63,594 nucleotides of DNA, filler included, from Candidatus Aminicenantales bacterium (GCA_049512315.1; 4 parts of 4 records of this genome joined end to end with filler, not necessarily neighbours in it); one strand, 5' to 3'. Shown: positions 32,217-42,435, counted from the first letter of the whole stretch. Made by a program: numbers and translations. Notes: generated by a model from the letters alone, not told the origin.

Positions 32217-33737
32217 ATGCCGAACCACTGCAAATGCGCCTTGAGCGCAATTCTCCTGGTTCTGTTTGCTACCGGCGTTCCCCCGGCTTCGTTTGCCCAA
32301 ACCTTTGAAGCGAGCTGGGAATCCCTAGGGCAATACCAATGCCCTGAGTGGTTCCGCGACGCCAAACTCGGCATCTTCCTCCACTGGGGGCCGACATCGG
32401 TCGCGGCCGTGGATGGCTGGTACGGCCGGAACATGTATATCCAGGGTCACCGCGCTTATGAATATCATGTCAAAACGTTTGGGCATCCGTCCAAGTTCGG
32501 CTACAAAGACATTATCGCTCTTTGGAAAGCGGAGAACTTTGATCCTGACCACCTGGTCCAGCTATTCAAGCAGGCCGGCGCCAGGTATGTTGTTCCGGTG
32601 GCCGTCCACCACGACAATTTCGATCTCTGGGATTCAACTTATCAACGATGGAATGCAGTCAAGATCGGCCCCAAAAAGGATATCATCGGCCTGTGGAAGA
32701 AGGCCATTTTAACGAGCGGCCTGAGGTTCGGCGTATCTACCCATATGGACCGGAGTCTCAGCTGGTTCAACACCAGCAAGGGCAGCGACAAGACAGGCCC
32801 CTTGGCGGGCGTCCCGTACGACGGCGCCGACCCGCAATACTCCGATCTTTATTGCGAAAAAAACGACGAAGGGATGGAATGGCCTTATCTTCCCAAAAAC
32901 GCTCCAGAATCCTGGAGAAAAACCTGGTTCATCAGATCCAAAGACCTCGTCGACAAATACCACCCTGACCTGCTCTATTTCGACGGGGGCATCCCCTATG
33001 TCGACGTCGGGCTGCCGCTAGTAGCACATTTCTACAACGAGAATCAGAAATGGCATAACGGCAGGCTGGAGGCCGTCTTGAACCTCAAGAAAACAAAGGT
33101 CTCCGGCGCCTACAGGGAGGGGATGTGCGTCCAGGACCTAGAGAGGGGAAAACTCGAGGGGATCAAGCCCGAGCCGTGGCAGACAGATACCTCAATCAAC
33201 GGTCCCTGGTTCTATGAGCAAGGAGGCCGTTATGAGACTCCGAACGCGATCATCGATATGTTCGCGGACATCGTCTCTAAGAACGGCAACCTGCTCCTGA
33301 ATATCCCCCTTCGGGCCGATGGCACTCTGGACTCCGAGTCGGAGAGGATCCTGTTGGAAATGGGGAAATGGATGGCCATTAATGGTGAAGCCATCCACGG
33401 AACGCGGCCCTGGCTGACCTACGGCGAGGGGCCGACTTCGGTTAGAACTGAATATTCCGAGGAGATTAAGGAAGCCTACACCACCCGGGATTTCCGGTTC
33501 ACGACCAAAGGCGATGCCCTCTACGTGATCGGTCTGGAGTGGCCGGACGGAGGACATACGATCACAGTCCGGTCCCTATCCACTGGACAGAAATTGGATA
33601 AGATCGTTGACCTGTGCCTCCTGGGATACGCCGGATCGCTGAGATGGAAAAGGGACGGGGAGGGGCTGAAGATCAGCCTGCCAGAAAAAAAGCCCTGTGA
33701 TTATGCCTACGTCATAAGGATTACCTTCAAGAAATGA
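32217..33737 (+). CDS. Alpha-L-fucosidase (GH29), exported
   Basis: PEWFRDAKLGIFLHWG, HHDNF, LYFDGG, DIVSKNGNLLLNIP; promoter TTGACA(32115)-17-TATTTT. Confidence 0.93.
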   Translation: MPNHCKCALSAILLVLFATGVPPASFAQTFEASWESLGQYQCPEWFRDAKLGIFLHWGPTSVAAVDGWYGRNMYIQGHRAYEYHVKTFGHPSKFGYKDIIALWKAENFDPDHLVQLFKQAGARYVVPVAVHHDNFDLWDSTYQRWNAVKIGPKKDIIGLWKKAILTSGLRFGVSTHMDRSLSWFNTSKGSDKTGPLAGVPYDGADPQYSDLYCEKNDEGMEWPYLPKNAPESWRKTWFIRSKDLVDKYHPDLLYFDGGIPYVDVGLPLVAHFYNENQKWHNGRLEAVLNLKKTKVSGAYREGMCVQDLERGKLEGIKPEPWQTDTSINGPWFYEQGGRYETPNAIIDMFADIVSKNGNLLLNIPLRADGTLDSESERILLEMGKWMAINGEAIHGTRPWLTYGEGPTSVRTEYSEEIKEAYTTRDFRFTTKGDALYVIGLEWPDGGHTITVRSLSTGQKLDKIVDLCLLGYAGSLRWKRDGEGLKISLPEKKPCDYAYVIRITFKK

Positions 33738-33857
33738 TGTCCCTCGCTACGCCTTTTATTGATAGCACGCGCGGTCTCGTCAAGGCCACATCCGCCTCCC
33801 CTCGGGACGTGGTGCACGCGGGCGTAAGTGGGACTTGTCTTGAATAAGGGCTCCGGT

Positions 33858-36161
33858 TTAATTCCTCCACTGGGCCGGAAATTCATCCGTCAGGCCCCAT
33901 TTTCCCATTTCAAAATTCTTGAATCCCAGCTTCAGGGCGGGCGATTCCGGCTTCACTCGATAATCATTCCTAGCCGGATCGATAAACATCGGATCGGCGA
34001 TCAAAGAGTCTTTGTCGTAGCCAAGCTCTTGCCACTCAGCCAAGGTAAGCTTTTTATACGTGGAAATCCCATTCTTGTTCCTGGAAACAATCGTGATTGC
34101 GGGCTTATATGACCAGGGCGGCCTGGGCGAATAAAAGAGGTTGTTATTCATTTCTTTCAGATAAGGTTGGGTTACCGCGCTGACATGAAAGATGTCCCCA
34201 GTCGTATAAATGATGTTCCTGCGCACAATGTCGTTATTGTTGTCAAAACCATAATGAATCGCAAACGGCACAACAGGGTCGATGATAATATTGTTTTCCA
34301 CCGTCCGGAAGTCGCCCTCCCGGATGCTAATGCCCATTCCGACGCAAAGGTTGTTATAGACGTGGAAATTGCTCGTCCCATCATCCAGATCTAGCGCTTG
34401 GAGATAGCTCCCCCATTCGTAGGTCTTGGCCACGCTGTGGAGGTAGTTGTTGCGGACGATCGTCGTTTCTTCTGCGTATTCCTTGACATTGCCGGCCTGA
34501 TGGGGAAACGCAAATTCTTTATTGTGAGCCTGCGTGGGGCACCAGAATCCTTCTCGGCCCCAGGAATTGAACGGGCCGTGGTCGCTCGTCTCCTGAACTG
34601 CGTGGTGGATCTCGTTGGCTTCGATGATGTGACCGCCCCAGGTGCCGTCTCCGATGCAGATGCCCGCCCGCGGCATGTTGTAGATTAGGTTATGAGCGGC
34701 CGTGATGCGCTTTGCCCGAGAGATGTAGACGCCGGCGATCTGCTTTCCGAATGCTCCGCAGTCGTGGATGAGGTTGTTGGAGGCCCGGCATTGGAAGGGG
34801 AAGTTGCGAAACGTGCCGATGGTGGACTCGAGGGCCCCCACGAAGCAGATCGCGCTATCGCCAGTCTGGGTGAACTTGCAGCCCGTGACCGCGTTGTCGC
34901 GGTTGTAATTATTCATGAAGACGGCGTTGCCGCCCACGGCGTCGAACCAGCAGTCCTTGACGGTGCAGTCGCGGGTGCCTTCGAGAAAAACGGTCCCGCC
35001 ACGATGGATGGACCAATCGCCCCTGGAAGGGACGGAGTAGCGTTCCAGAAAGGTGGAGGCTGTGTGAGCAATTCGAAAGCCCTCCAGAGTGATGTGGCTG
35101 ACTGGTGTGTCCTGTGTCCCGATAAAGCGTACGACTTGCTGAAGGATCGGCGCCTCGACCAAAGCCGTTTTCAGGTCAATGCCTTCGGCCGGTATGTGGT
35201 AGAGCACCCCTTTATCCTTATCCAAATACCACTCACCAGGTGCATCGAGTTCTTCAAAGACGTTCTCGACATAAAACTGCGAGCTTCGATCGACGGAGCC
35301 GACTTTCCCTTGATGCCCGCCTCTTCCGAACCATATGCGGTTGTTCGTGTAGTCTATCGCCCTGATCGTCCACTGCAGGTTACACCAGTGGAATTCTTGA
35401 AATATGTGGATCACTGCCTCCTCGGGTTTGGCCCAGCGCCTGGGCGTGAACGTGCCCGCGTCGAATATAATGCCGCGCGGAGAGATGCCGCTGAACGTCA
35501 TGTCGGAGTTCGGATCCGAAAAAGGGGCTTTCGCTTCGTCGGGGATGCTTCCTTTTGGGTAGATATAGCCGCTTATGCCGGGAATAGAATTCTCGTAGTT
35601 GGGGAAGCGGGCGCGAATCTGGCGTTTGCCGTTGATGAAAAGCTGGCTGAAGTCGTATTCACCCGCCTTTAGGGCCGGAAGATTACACATCATGATTCCG
35701 TCTTTGTATGGCCGCCATTGGCAATCGAGCTTTCGTCCTCCGCTGATGGTAACGAGTTCGCCGGGATAAGCGGCATAGGTAATCGGAACCCGTTCTGTAC
35801 CCGAATCCTCGGGTCCAAAAACAAGGGGTTCTGCCAGATAATAAGTGCCCGCGCGCACGTACACCTTGATCGCACCCGCGGCAGTCTTTTTTAGTTCTCG
35901 AACTGCAGCTCGAGCCCTGGATAATGTTGCGAAGGGCGCTTGCTGGCCTCCGGTGTTATGATTATTTCCGTAAGTGGCCACATAAAATGTTGCATGATCC
36001 GCCGCGGTCTTTGCCTTGCCTTCAAACCGTCTCGCGATAAGAATCATCAACGAACAAAACAAAATCCTTACGAGTAAGCCGCTGAATTCCCTTTCCGTTT
36101 TCATCTTGCTCCTCATCAACATGACTTCTGACCTTCTCTTGTCTGGGTTATGAATGCGCAC
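33858..36161 (-). CDS. Right-handed parallel beta-helix glycoside hydrolase (GH141-like); start uncertain
   Basis: FYVATYGN...PFATLSRA...RAGTYYL...YAAYPGE...ISGG; ENVFEELDAPGEWY; DLDDGTSN; ADPMFID. Confidence 0.8.
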   Translation of the reverse strand: MRIHNPDKRRSEVMLMRSKMKTEREFSGLLVRILFCSLMILIARRFEGKAKTAADHATFYVATYGNNHNTGGQQAPFATLSRARAAVRELKKTAAGAIKVYVRAGTYYLAEPLVFGPEDSGTERVPITYAAYPGELVTISGGRKLDCQWRPYKDGIMMCNLPALKAGEYDFSQLFINGKRQIRARFPNYENSIPGISGYIYPKGSIPDEAKAPFSDPNSDMTFSGISPRGIIFDAGTFTPRRWAKPEEAVIHIFQEFHWCNLQWTIRAIDYTNNRIWFGRGGHQGKVGSVDRSSQFYVENVFEELDAPGEWYLDKDKGVLYHIPAEGIDLKTALVEAPILQQVVRFIGTQDTPVSHITLEGFRIAHTASTFLERYSVPSRGDWSIHRGGTVFLEGTRDCTVKDCWFDAVGGNAVFMNNYNRDNAVTGCKFTQTGDSAICFVGALESTIGTFRNFPFQCRASNNLIHDCGAFGKQIAGVYISRAKRITAAHNLIYNMPRAGICIGDGTWGGHIIEANEIHHAVQETSDHGPFNSWGREGFWCPTQAHNKEFAFPHQAGNVKEYAEETTIVRNNYLHSVAKTYEWGSYLQALDLDDGTSNFHVYNNLCVGMGISIREGDFRTVENNIIIDPVVPFAIHYGFDNNNDIVRRNIIYTTGDIFHVSAVTQPYLKEMNNNLFYSPRPPWSYKPAITIVSRNKNGISTYKKLTLAEWQELGYDKDSLIADPMFIDPARNDYRVKPESPALKLGFKNFEMGKWGLTDEFPAQWRN

Positions 36162-36180
36162 GTTACATCCCTCCGGGCAC

Positions 36181-36312
36181 TTACCTGTAGCGCTCGGGAA
36201 AGTCGGCGGTGAGGCCTATGCTAGCCATATCAATAGGCTTGAAGCCGAGCTTCCAGGCGGGAGAATCGGGCCGCAGCCTGAAATCTTTCTTTGCGGGATC
36301 CACGAACAGGGG
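36181..36312 (-). CDS. 3' end of a second beta-helix (GH141-like) paralog, cut by contig end
   Basis: PLFVDPAKKDFRLRPDSPAWKLGFKPIDMASIGLTADFPERYR* matches the C-terminus of 33858-36161. Confidence 0.8.
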   Translation of the reverse strand, partial: PLFVDPAKKDFRLRPDSPAWKLGFKPIDMASIGLTADFPERYR

Positions 36313-36412
36313 NNNNNNNNNNNNNNNNNNNNNNNNNNNNNNNNNNNNNNNNNNNNTTAATTAATTAANNNNNNNNNNNNNNNNNNNNNNNNNNNNNNNN
36401 NNNNNNNNNNNN
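36313..36412. other. Artificial contig linker
   Basis: N run with TTAATTAATTAA. Confidence 0.98.
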
Positions 36413-36679
36413 GCATCCTTGGAAGGTTTACAGAGACCGGTTCGCAAGCGAACTACCCGAGAGACCCTAGGTGATGACAAAAGCGGAAAGATTCACGTTG
36501 CCCAGGACCGGAAGTATTCACGTTGCCTTGACATCGCTTTTGTATCGATTGACATCGATCCGAGGCCGAGAATATCATCCCTATGTGATGAGAAGCGTTG
36601 TTCCGGAGCCTATGATGCTGGGCGTATGTGCGGGGTCAAAGCGCAATTTCTTATCTCCAACTCGAAGGGAAGGACGGCC

Positions 36680-37549
36680 ATGAAAAGAACCCTTGTCTTT
36701 TTGTCGCTGGCTCTGCTCGTCCAAGCTTTGGGCATGGCTGGGGCACAAGAGGCCAAGGACCCTGTCGCCGACAAATATTCCGCGCCCCTGCAGAAGATCT
36801 TCGACCTCGAAGCCCGGTTCGCTCCTCTTCACCCGGCTCTGGGGAAGGTCTATCCGGTCGCCATCGTCGAAAATAAGAAGTTCTATTTCTTCGATCCGGC
36901 TCCCGGGGAGAAGGTGTATCGCCTCGTTCGGACCGTCCCCGACACGTTCAATATCCTCACCGGGATCCGGGCCGCCATGCCCCTCGCTTTTTGGGACAAC
37001 CGCATCGCCTGCGTCGTGACCGGAGAGATCTTCGGCGAACCCGACGGCTACGTTTTCATCTTTCACGAGTTCGTGCACTGCGCCCAGTGGGATTGCTGTG
37101 AACAAAAGCTCAAAGAGGGATTGTCGATCTATCGGGAGGCGATGAAGAACAAGGATTGCATGTGGGAGCTCCAATACCCGTTTCTTTATATGAACCCGGC
37201 CTTCATCAAGTCCTATTTCGCGCTCTTCAAGGCCTGGGACGGGAATGATACCGCGGCGGCAGAATCCCTGAGGGCGACCTTAGACAAGGCGCTGTCGCCC
37301 GCGGAGTGGGAATACCTCACCTGGCAGGAATGGAAAGAGGGCTTGGCCAGGTATCTTGAGAATCGGATGCGCGAGGTCGTCGGCCTGCCCGAAAACAAGG
37401 GTGGCGAAAACCCGCCTTTCAATCGCGTCACGTTCTATCGCGGCGGGGATAAGCTCATCGGCTTCCTTGAGCGGCGCCGGCCGGGGATCGTCAACGACCT
37501 GGAGAAGCTCTACCTGGGGATCAGCGCCGCGAAAAAGGAAATTCCTTGA
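36680..37549 (+). CDS. Secreted hypothetical protein, putative gluzincin-like metallopeptidase
   Basis: ATG 36680 with RBS; signal peptide; HEFVH motif and downstream EGLARYLE. Confidence 0.6.
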   Translation: MKRTLVFLSLALLVQALGMAGAQEAKDPVADKYSAPLQKIFDLEARFAPLHPALGKVYPVAIVENKKFYFFDPAPGEKVYRLVRTVPDTFNILTGIRAAMPLAFWDNRIACVVTGEIFGEPDGYVFIFHEFVHCAQWDCCEQKLKEGLSIYREAMKNKDCMWELQYPFLYMNPAFIKSYFALFKAWDGNDTAAAESLRATLDKALSPAEWEYLTWQEWKEGLARYLENRMREVVGLPENKGGENPPFNRVTFYRGGDKLIGFLERRRPGIVNDLEKLYLGISAAKKEIP

Positions 37550-37795
37550 TCATCGTCGTACTGCCCAAAGTCGTTGCCAAGCGGGATTGATTTTTTTAAT
37601 CTGTCGCCAGATCCGGAGCCTCACCCAAAAACTGATCCGGCATATTCACCTTTGCCGCCCATAGGGATTCTTGACATCGCCAAGCCGCCGGAAGTATCCT
37701 CCCGACGTGATGAATAGAAAAGAAGATTCAATGTCCGGCACAGCAGAACGCTACGTTGCAGAAATGCGAATACTCGATACCCTCATCTATGTTCA

Positions 37796-38146
37796 ATGAA
37801 ACCACTGTACCGTCGTATGCTCCGGAGGATGAAGGCGAAGGAGGAACAATCGGCGCCGAACGCGGCCGCAGGAGCCGTCTGGTTCCTCTATATCCTCGGA
37901 TGTTGCGACGGGTCCTTCTACACCGGAGTGACCACCGATATTGACCGCCGGCTCCGGGAGCACCAGGAGGGCAAGGCCTCTCGCTATACCCGGACCCGGC
38001 GCCCCGTCGTTCTGGTCTACCAGGAGGAGTGCGGCACCCGTTCCCAGTCCCTGGCGCGAGAGTGTGCGGTCAAGTCCCTAAGCCGGCAGCACAAGGAAGA
38101 ACTCATCTCCGGATGGAAATCCGATCATGGACGGCCGCCGTCTTGA
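37796..38146 (+). CDS. Small GIY-YIG nuclease (UPF0213/YazA-like)
   Basis: WFLYILGCCDGSFYTGVTTDIDRRLREH...RYTRTRRPVVLVYQE. Confidence 0.88.
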   Translation: MKPLYRRMLRRMKAKEEQSAPNAAAGAVWFLYILGCCDGSFYTGVTTDIDRRLREHQEGKASRYTRTRRPVVLVYQEECGTRSQSLARECAVKSLSRQHKEELISGWKSDHGRPPS

Positions 38147-38258
38147 TACCACTCTCCCACCATATTGGAACTTTACCCCCCCAGACACAGCGTCTCCGTC
38201 AGATCAGCCAAGTCCGTGACGTGCCCAATTTCGGCAAACAGCCATCTCTTTTTCCTCG

Positions 38259-40421
38259 TTATCCCATCCGGCGGGGGATGGTTTCGTGGGGGATGGCGAT
38301 GGCCAGGACGAACAGGAGGCCGAGGATGTTCAGCACGGCCAGGCGGCCGAGGAGCTTAGGGATGCCCAGGAGCGGGATCACGAACGCTGAGGCCAGGACG
38401 ACGCTGAGAAACGACCCGAGAAGGTCAACGCCATAGCCCGCTCCCGGGTGGGGGCTTTCGCTGAGATAGAGCCGGTTGGCGGCGACAAAGAGATAACCGG
38501 CCAGGACACCGAAAGCGAGAAGGAATAAAAAGGGGAGGATTTCGGGCCCCCGTCTTTCGGTCATTTTCAAGCCTAGGACAAGGAGCCCGGCGGATCCCGC
38601 CTGGACAGCGGCCAGGTCCATCGTGGCGGGCCGTTTTCTCTGCCGTCCCGCGAGGGAGCCGGCGAAGAGCCCGGCCATGAAGGCCGAAAGGAGCAGCGAT
38701 ATCTTCCCGTAGACGTACCCGTAAAAGGCCTGGAAGGCGATGAGGACGGCCATTTCGACCAGGATCGACGAGAACCCCGCGAGGGCCACGGGGATGAGAA
38801 AACGGACCGGCGAACGCCTCCTCTTCCAGGCCATCAGGGCCAGGGCCAGCCCCGCCAGGACAAGAGGAAAGTCCAGGAGCCAGAACGCGGGGACCCGGGC
38901 GAAGAACCTGAGCGCGGCAGATTCGATGCCCTTGAACTGGGTGGCCCACAGGACGGAATGAAAATAGTAGCTCACCGGGACGAGGTCCCGGTCGACAAGT
39001 CCGGGCCGGGCCCGGATCTTCCCGCTGAGATAGTCGACTCGGAGCGGCGCCAGCCGGGCCGGGAGCATTTCCGGGCTGACGAACCGGTTGCGAATACCGA
39101 GGCGTTCCATAGCCGCGATGAGCGCTCCCGGGTCGATCGAGAGGGGAGAGGCGGAAGCCAGGAAAACATTGTTCTCGCCGGGCACGACCAGGACTTCGGG
39201 AAAGACGGCCCTCAGGGTGGTGTCGAGAGTCTGCAGGAACCGCTCGAGGTCCGTGCTGATATAGTTTTCGGCCGAGGGGACGACGAAGCTCAGAACGCCG
39301 TCCGGGCTGAGTTTTCTCCTGACCTCGGCGAAAAACTCCAGGGTGTAAAAACGGTTGATCTGGGCCGTGGCCGGCTCCGGCACGCTGAGGAGCACGGCAT
39401 CGTACGTCTTTGGCGTCCGCCCCAGGAAGGCCCGCCCGTCCTCGAAGATCACCCGGACCCGGGGGTTTCTCAGGGCCGCCAGGCCGGCAGGCGGCAGGTA
39501 CCGCTCGGCCAGCCGGATGATGGCCGGGTCGATCTCAACGTACTCCAGCCTCGTTCCGGGATATTTGAGGCACTCGGCGCAGCCCCCGCTGACGCCGCCT
39601 CCAATGAGCAGAATGTCCTTCATGCCTTCTCTCTGGAGGAGGGCGAAATGGACCGATTCTTCGGCGGCCTCCGTATTCGGATAAGAAAAGACGCGCATCC
39701 CGTTGCTATAGAGGGAGTATTGGTCCCCCGTTTTCAGGACCTGGAGCTTTCCGTAGGGCGTGTCCTCCGCTTGGACGAGGTCGAACGGCTTCCAGGCGGA
39801 CCGGAGCGCGGGGAAGTCGGCGGCGGCGAACAGCGCGGCGGCGACTGCGGTGGCGAGGAAGAGCAGCCAGGCCTTGGGCCTCCGCAGGCCCATAAAGATC
39901 ATAAATCCCACCGCGGCCGAAACGAGGGCGGCCCCCTGCCAATTCGAGAAGCGTGGGATGATGAGGAGATAAACGGCCAGGCCGGCGGTCGCCGCCCCCA
40001 AGGATTCGAGGAGATAGACCCGCGGCGCATCGCCGTGAAGAAGGGCCGCGTTGAGGACGAAGGCGATCCCCAGGGGAAAGCTGACGAACATGGACAGCCC
40101 CAGGGAAAAGAGGAGGGCGGGGACGAGGCCCGTGAGCTCGCCGGGCAGGCTCCCCAGCAGGCGATGGGAGAACCTCAGGAGGACGAGGCACGAAAAGTAG
40201 AGGCCGATCGTCGCCGTGTAGAATCCGGGAAGGTGGTCCGGCCGGAGGCGAAGTCTCGGACCGACCAGGCTTCCGATCCCGCCCCAGAGAAGCCAGGCCC
40301 CGAGGACGAAACCGAACGTCAGCTCGTTGCCGGAGAAATGGACGGCGAACTCCCGGAGAAGGAAGATCTGGAAGGCCGTGGCCAGAAAGCCGAGGAGAAA
40401 CGCGGGCAGCCGGGTCCTCAG
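38259..40421 (-). CDS. Membrane protein with central spermidine-synthase-like SAM-binding domain (fused MFS/spermidine synthase type); start approximate
   Basis: QIFLLREF...GNEL TM block; DTPYGKL, EESVH, LLIGGG, VEIDP, EDGRAFL, FYTLEFF; second TM block at C-terminus; start probably overlaps the amrS stop. Confidence 0.82.
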   Translation of the reverse strand: MRTRLPAFLLGFLATAFQIFLLREFAVHFSGNELTFGFVLGAWLLWGGIGSLVGPRLRLRPDHLPGFYTATIGLYFSCLVLLRFSHRLLGSLPGELTGLVPALLFSLGLSMFVSFPLGIAFVLNAALLHGDAPRVYLLESLGAATAGLAVYLLIIPRFSNWQGAALVSAAVGFMIFMGLRRPKAWLLFLATAVAAALFAAADFPALRSAWKPFDLVQAEDTPYGKLQVLKTGDQYSLYSNGMRVFSYPNTEAAEESVHFALLQREGMKDILLIGGGVSGGCAECLKYPGTRLEYVEIDPAIIRLAERYLPPAGLAALRNPRVRVIFEDGRAFLGRTPKTYDAVLLSVPEPATAQINRFYTLEFFAEVRRKLSPDGVLSFVVPSAENYISTDLERFLQTLDTTLRAVFPEVLVVPGENNVFLASASPLSIDPGALIAAMERLGIRNRFVSPEMLPARLAPLRVDYLSGKIRARPGLVDRDLVPVSYYFHSVLWATQFKGIESAALRFFARVPAFWLLDFPLVLAGLALALMAWKRRRSPVRFLIPVALAGFSSILVEMAVLIAFQAFYGYVYGKISLLLSAFMAGLFAGSLAGRQRKRPATMDLAAVQAGSAGLLVLGLKMTERRGPEILPFLFLLAFGVLAGYLFVAANRLYLSESPHPGAGYGVDLLGSFLSVVLASAFVIPLLGIPKLLGRLAVLNILGLLFVLAIAIPHETIPRRMG

Positions 40422-41539
40422 GCCCAGATCCCCGGCACGGGCGTTCCGCAAAACTCGCACTTTCCCCTCTTGAGCCGGATCCCAGTGACCGTGAAGCCTG
40501 TCCTTTGGATGATCGTCTTCTTGCAGTTCGGGCAATACGTGTTTTCGCCGGGATGCCCGGGCACGTTACCGACGTAGACGAACCGCAGCCCTTCTCCAAG
40601 GGCCGTGTCCCGGGCCATTTCCAGGGTCGAGACAGGCGTGGGCGGCAGGTTCTTGACAAGATAGAGGGGCTGGAACCTGGAAAAGTGGAGGGGGACCCGG
40701 TCCCCGGCCTCGTTCTTGACCCACCGGGCCATCTCCCGGATGTCCGCCGCCGAATCGTTGAGCGTCGGGATCACGAGATAGACGATCTCGAGCCAGACCT
40801 TGCTCTTCGCCACGGACCGGATGGTCTCGAGCACCGTCTTGAGCTCGCCCCGGACGTATTTCGTGTAAAAATCCTGCGAATATGCCTTCAGGTCGACCTT
40901 GATGGCATCGACGACGCCGATGAGGTCCTTGAGCGGCTCCGGCTTGATGTGCCCTCCGGTCACGACGGCGCTCCGCACGCCCAGCCTCCGGGCCTCCACG
41001 GCCGTGTCGTACATGTATTCGAAGAAGACGACGGGCTCCGTGTAGGTGTAAGCGATGGAGGGACAACCGTATTTTTCGGCTTGCGCGGGGATGATCCTGG
41101 GCGGAAGGTCGACGTTCTCGACCTGCTCGGGCCGGACCTGGGAGATTTCCCAGTTCTGGCAGAACTTGCAATTCACGTTGCACCCCGCGGTGGCCAGGGA
41201 GAGGGCGTTCGTTCCGGGCAGGAAGTGGAAGAAGGGCTTTTTCTCGATCGGGTCGACGTTGAGGCTGCAGGCCTTGCCGTAGACGAGGGTGTAGTAGGTC
41301 CCGCCCTGGTTTTCCCGGACGCCGCAGTAGCCGCGCTCCTTGTCGCCGAGACGGCAAGCCCGGGGACAGAGCTCGCACTCGATCTCGCGGTCCGGAAGCT
41401 TCCTGTAATAGCGGGCCTCGACATGCGAGAGGCCGCCCTTTTCCCCGAAGGCGGAGAGCCGGGAGCACAGGGACGGCAAACCCGTCCCCAAGACAAGTCC
41501 CGCTCCGGCCGCGCTCCTGAAAAAATCACGGCGATTCAT
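40418..41539 (-). CDS. amrS: AmmeMemoRadiSam-system radical SAM enzyme with twin-arginine signal
   Basis: CELCPRAC...CGVREN, DPIEKKPFFHF, GCNVNCKFCQNWEISQ, YTYTEP, YVGNVPG..ENTYCPNC; N-terminus MNRRDFF; ATGA overlap with DUF362 gene. Confidence 0.9.
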   Translation of the reverse strand: MNRRDFFRSAAGAGLVLGTGLPSLCSRLSAFGEKGGLSHVEARYYRKLPDREIECELCPRACRLGDKERGYCGVRENQGGTYYTLVYGKACSLNVDPIEKKPFFHFLPGTNALSLATAGCNVNCKFCQNWEISQVRPEQVENVDLPPRIIPAQAEKYGCPSIAYTYTEPVVFFEYMYDTAVEARRLGVRSAVVTGGHIKPEPLKDLIGVVDAIKVDLKAYSQDFYTKYVRGELKTVLETIRSVAKSKVWLEIVYLVIPTLNDSAADIREMARWVKNEAGDRVPLHFSRFQPLYLVKNLPPTPVSTLEMARDTALGEGLRFVYVGNVPGHPGENTYCPNCKKTIIQRTGFTVTGIRLKRGKCEFCGTPVPGIWA

Positions 41540-42435
41540 GGGACCGTTTCCTCGATCGTTTCGATCCCGCCGAGGTCGGCCCGGCCCAGGCCCATTTTTT
41601 CTGCGGTGAGCAGATAAGCGGGCTCGCGGCCTTCCTCGGCGAGCGAGGGGAGGCCCTTGGCGGCCCGGAATCGTTCGATGAGGGCCCAGCCGACGCGGTC
41701 GGCCGCCACCGGGTCGAGGCTGAAGATGAAGCCGCCGTACCGTTCCGCCCACTGGGGATGGAACGACGGCCCCCGGTGATACTGGACGACGAGGCAATCC
41801 AGGACGGAGATCCTGTGTTTGCCCTTGACCGGAGGCGAATCGAAGACCTCGGGGACAAAGGGGTTGCAGTGGAAATCATGGTACTTGTTGGGATTGTGGA
41901 TGGCGCCGAAGTAATTCTTCATCCCGGCCGTGACCCCGGCCAGGCCGTGGTCCTTGAGAATGGCCAGGCTGACGGAGGCCGTTACGAGATCCGCTTGGAT
42001 CTTTGAAAAGAGGCTGCCGATGTTGAGGTGGGAGACGAGCTCCGAGCCGTAGCCGGCCCCGTCCGTGTCCGTCCCGAACACATGGAACCCACCCCCACCC
42101 GCGGCGAGCCTGTAGCCGGCGTCACGGAGCTCGCGGTTCGTCCTGTCCCAGATGATGATATTTTTTTCCGCCAGGCCGTTCCGCGAGATCCAGCCCGCCA
42201 GAGCGAGGGAAATCTCGGGACGGGTGCTGATCGCCCGGCCGCCGATCGTGTTGACCTTGATCCCGACCCGGTCCTCCGGCCGGAAGACCGAGAGGACGGC
42301 GCTCCTCTCTTCACGTTCCCCCGTCAGGAGCCCGAATCCTCTGGAAAACATCTTGAGGATCCTGGCCTGCTCTGCTGGGCTGCCCGGATCCGTGAGGCCG
42401 CCCGACCGGACGATGACGACTCGGGAATTGGCCAT
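41536..42435 (-). CDS. DUF362 domain-containing protein
   Basis: VGIKVN, IIIWDR, LKDHGLAGVTAGMKNYFG, SLDPVAAD. Confidence 0.85.
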   Translation of the reverse strand: MANSRVVIVRSGGLTDPGSPAEQARILKMFSRGFGLLTGEREERSAVLSVFRPEDRVGIKVNTIGGRAISTRPEISLALAGWISRNGLAEKNIIIWDRTNRELRDAGYRLAAGGGGFHVFGTDTDGAGYGSELVSHLNIGSLFSKIQADLVTASVSLAILKDHGLAGVTAGMKNYFGAIHNPNKYHDFHCNPFVPEVFDSPPVKGKHRISVLDCLVVQYHRGPSFHPQWAERYGGFIFSLDPVAADRVGWALIERFRAAKGLPSLAEEGREPAYLLTAEKMGLGRADLGGIETIEETVP

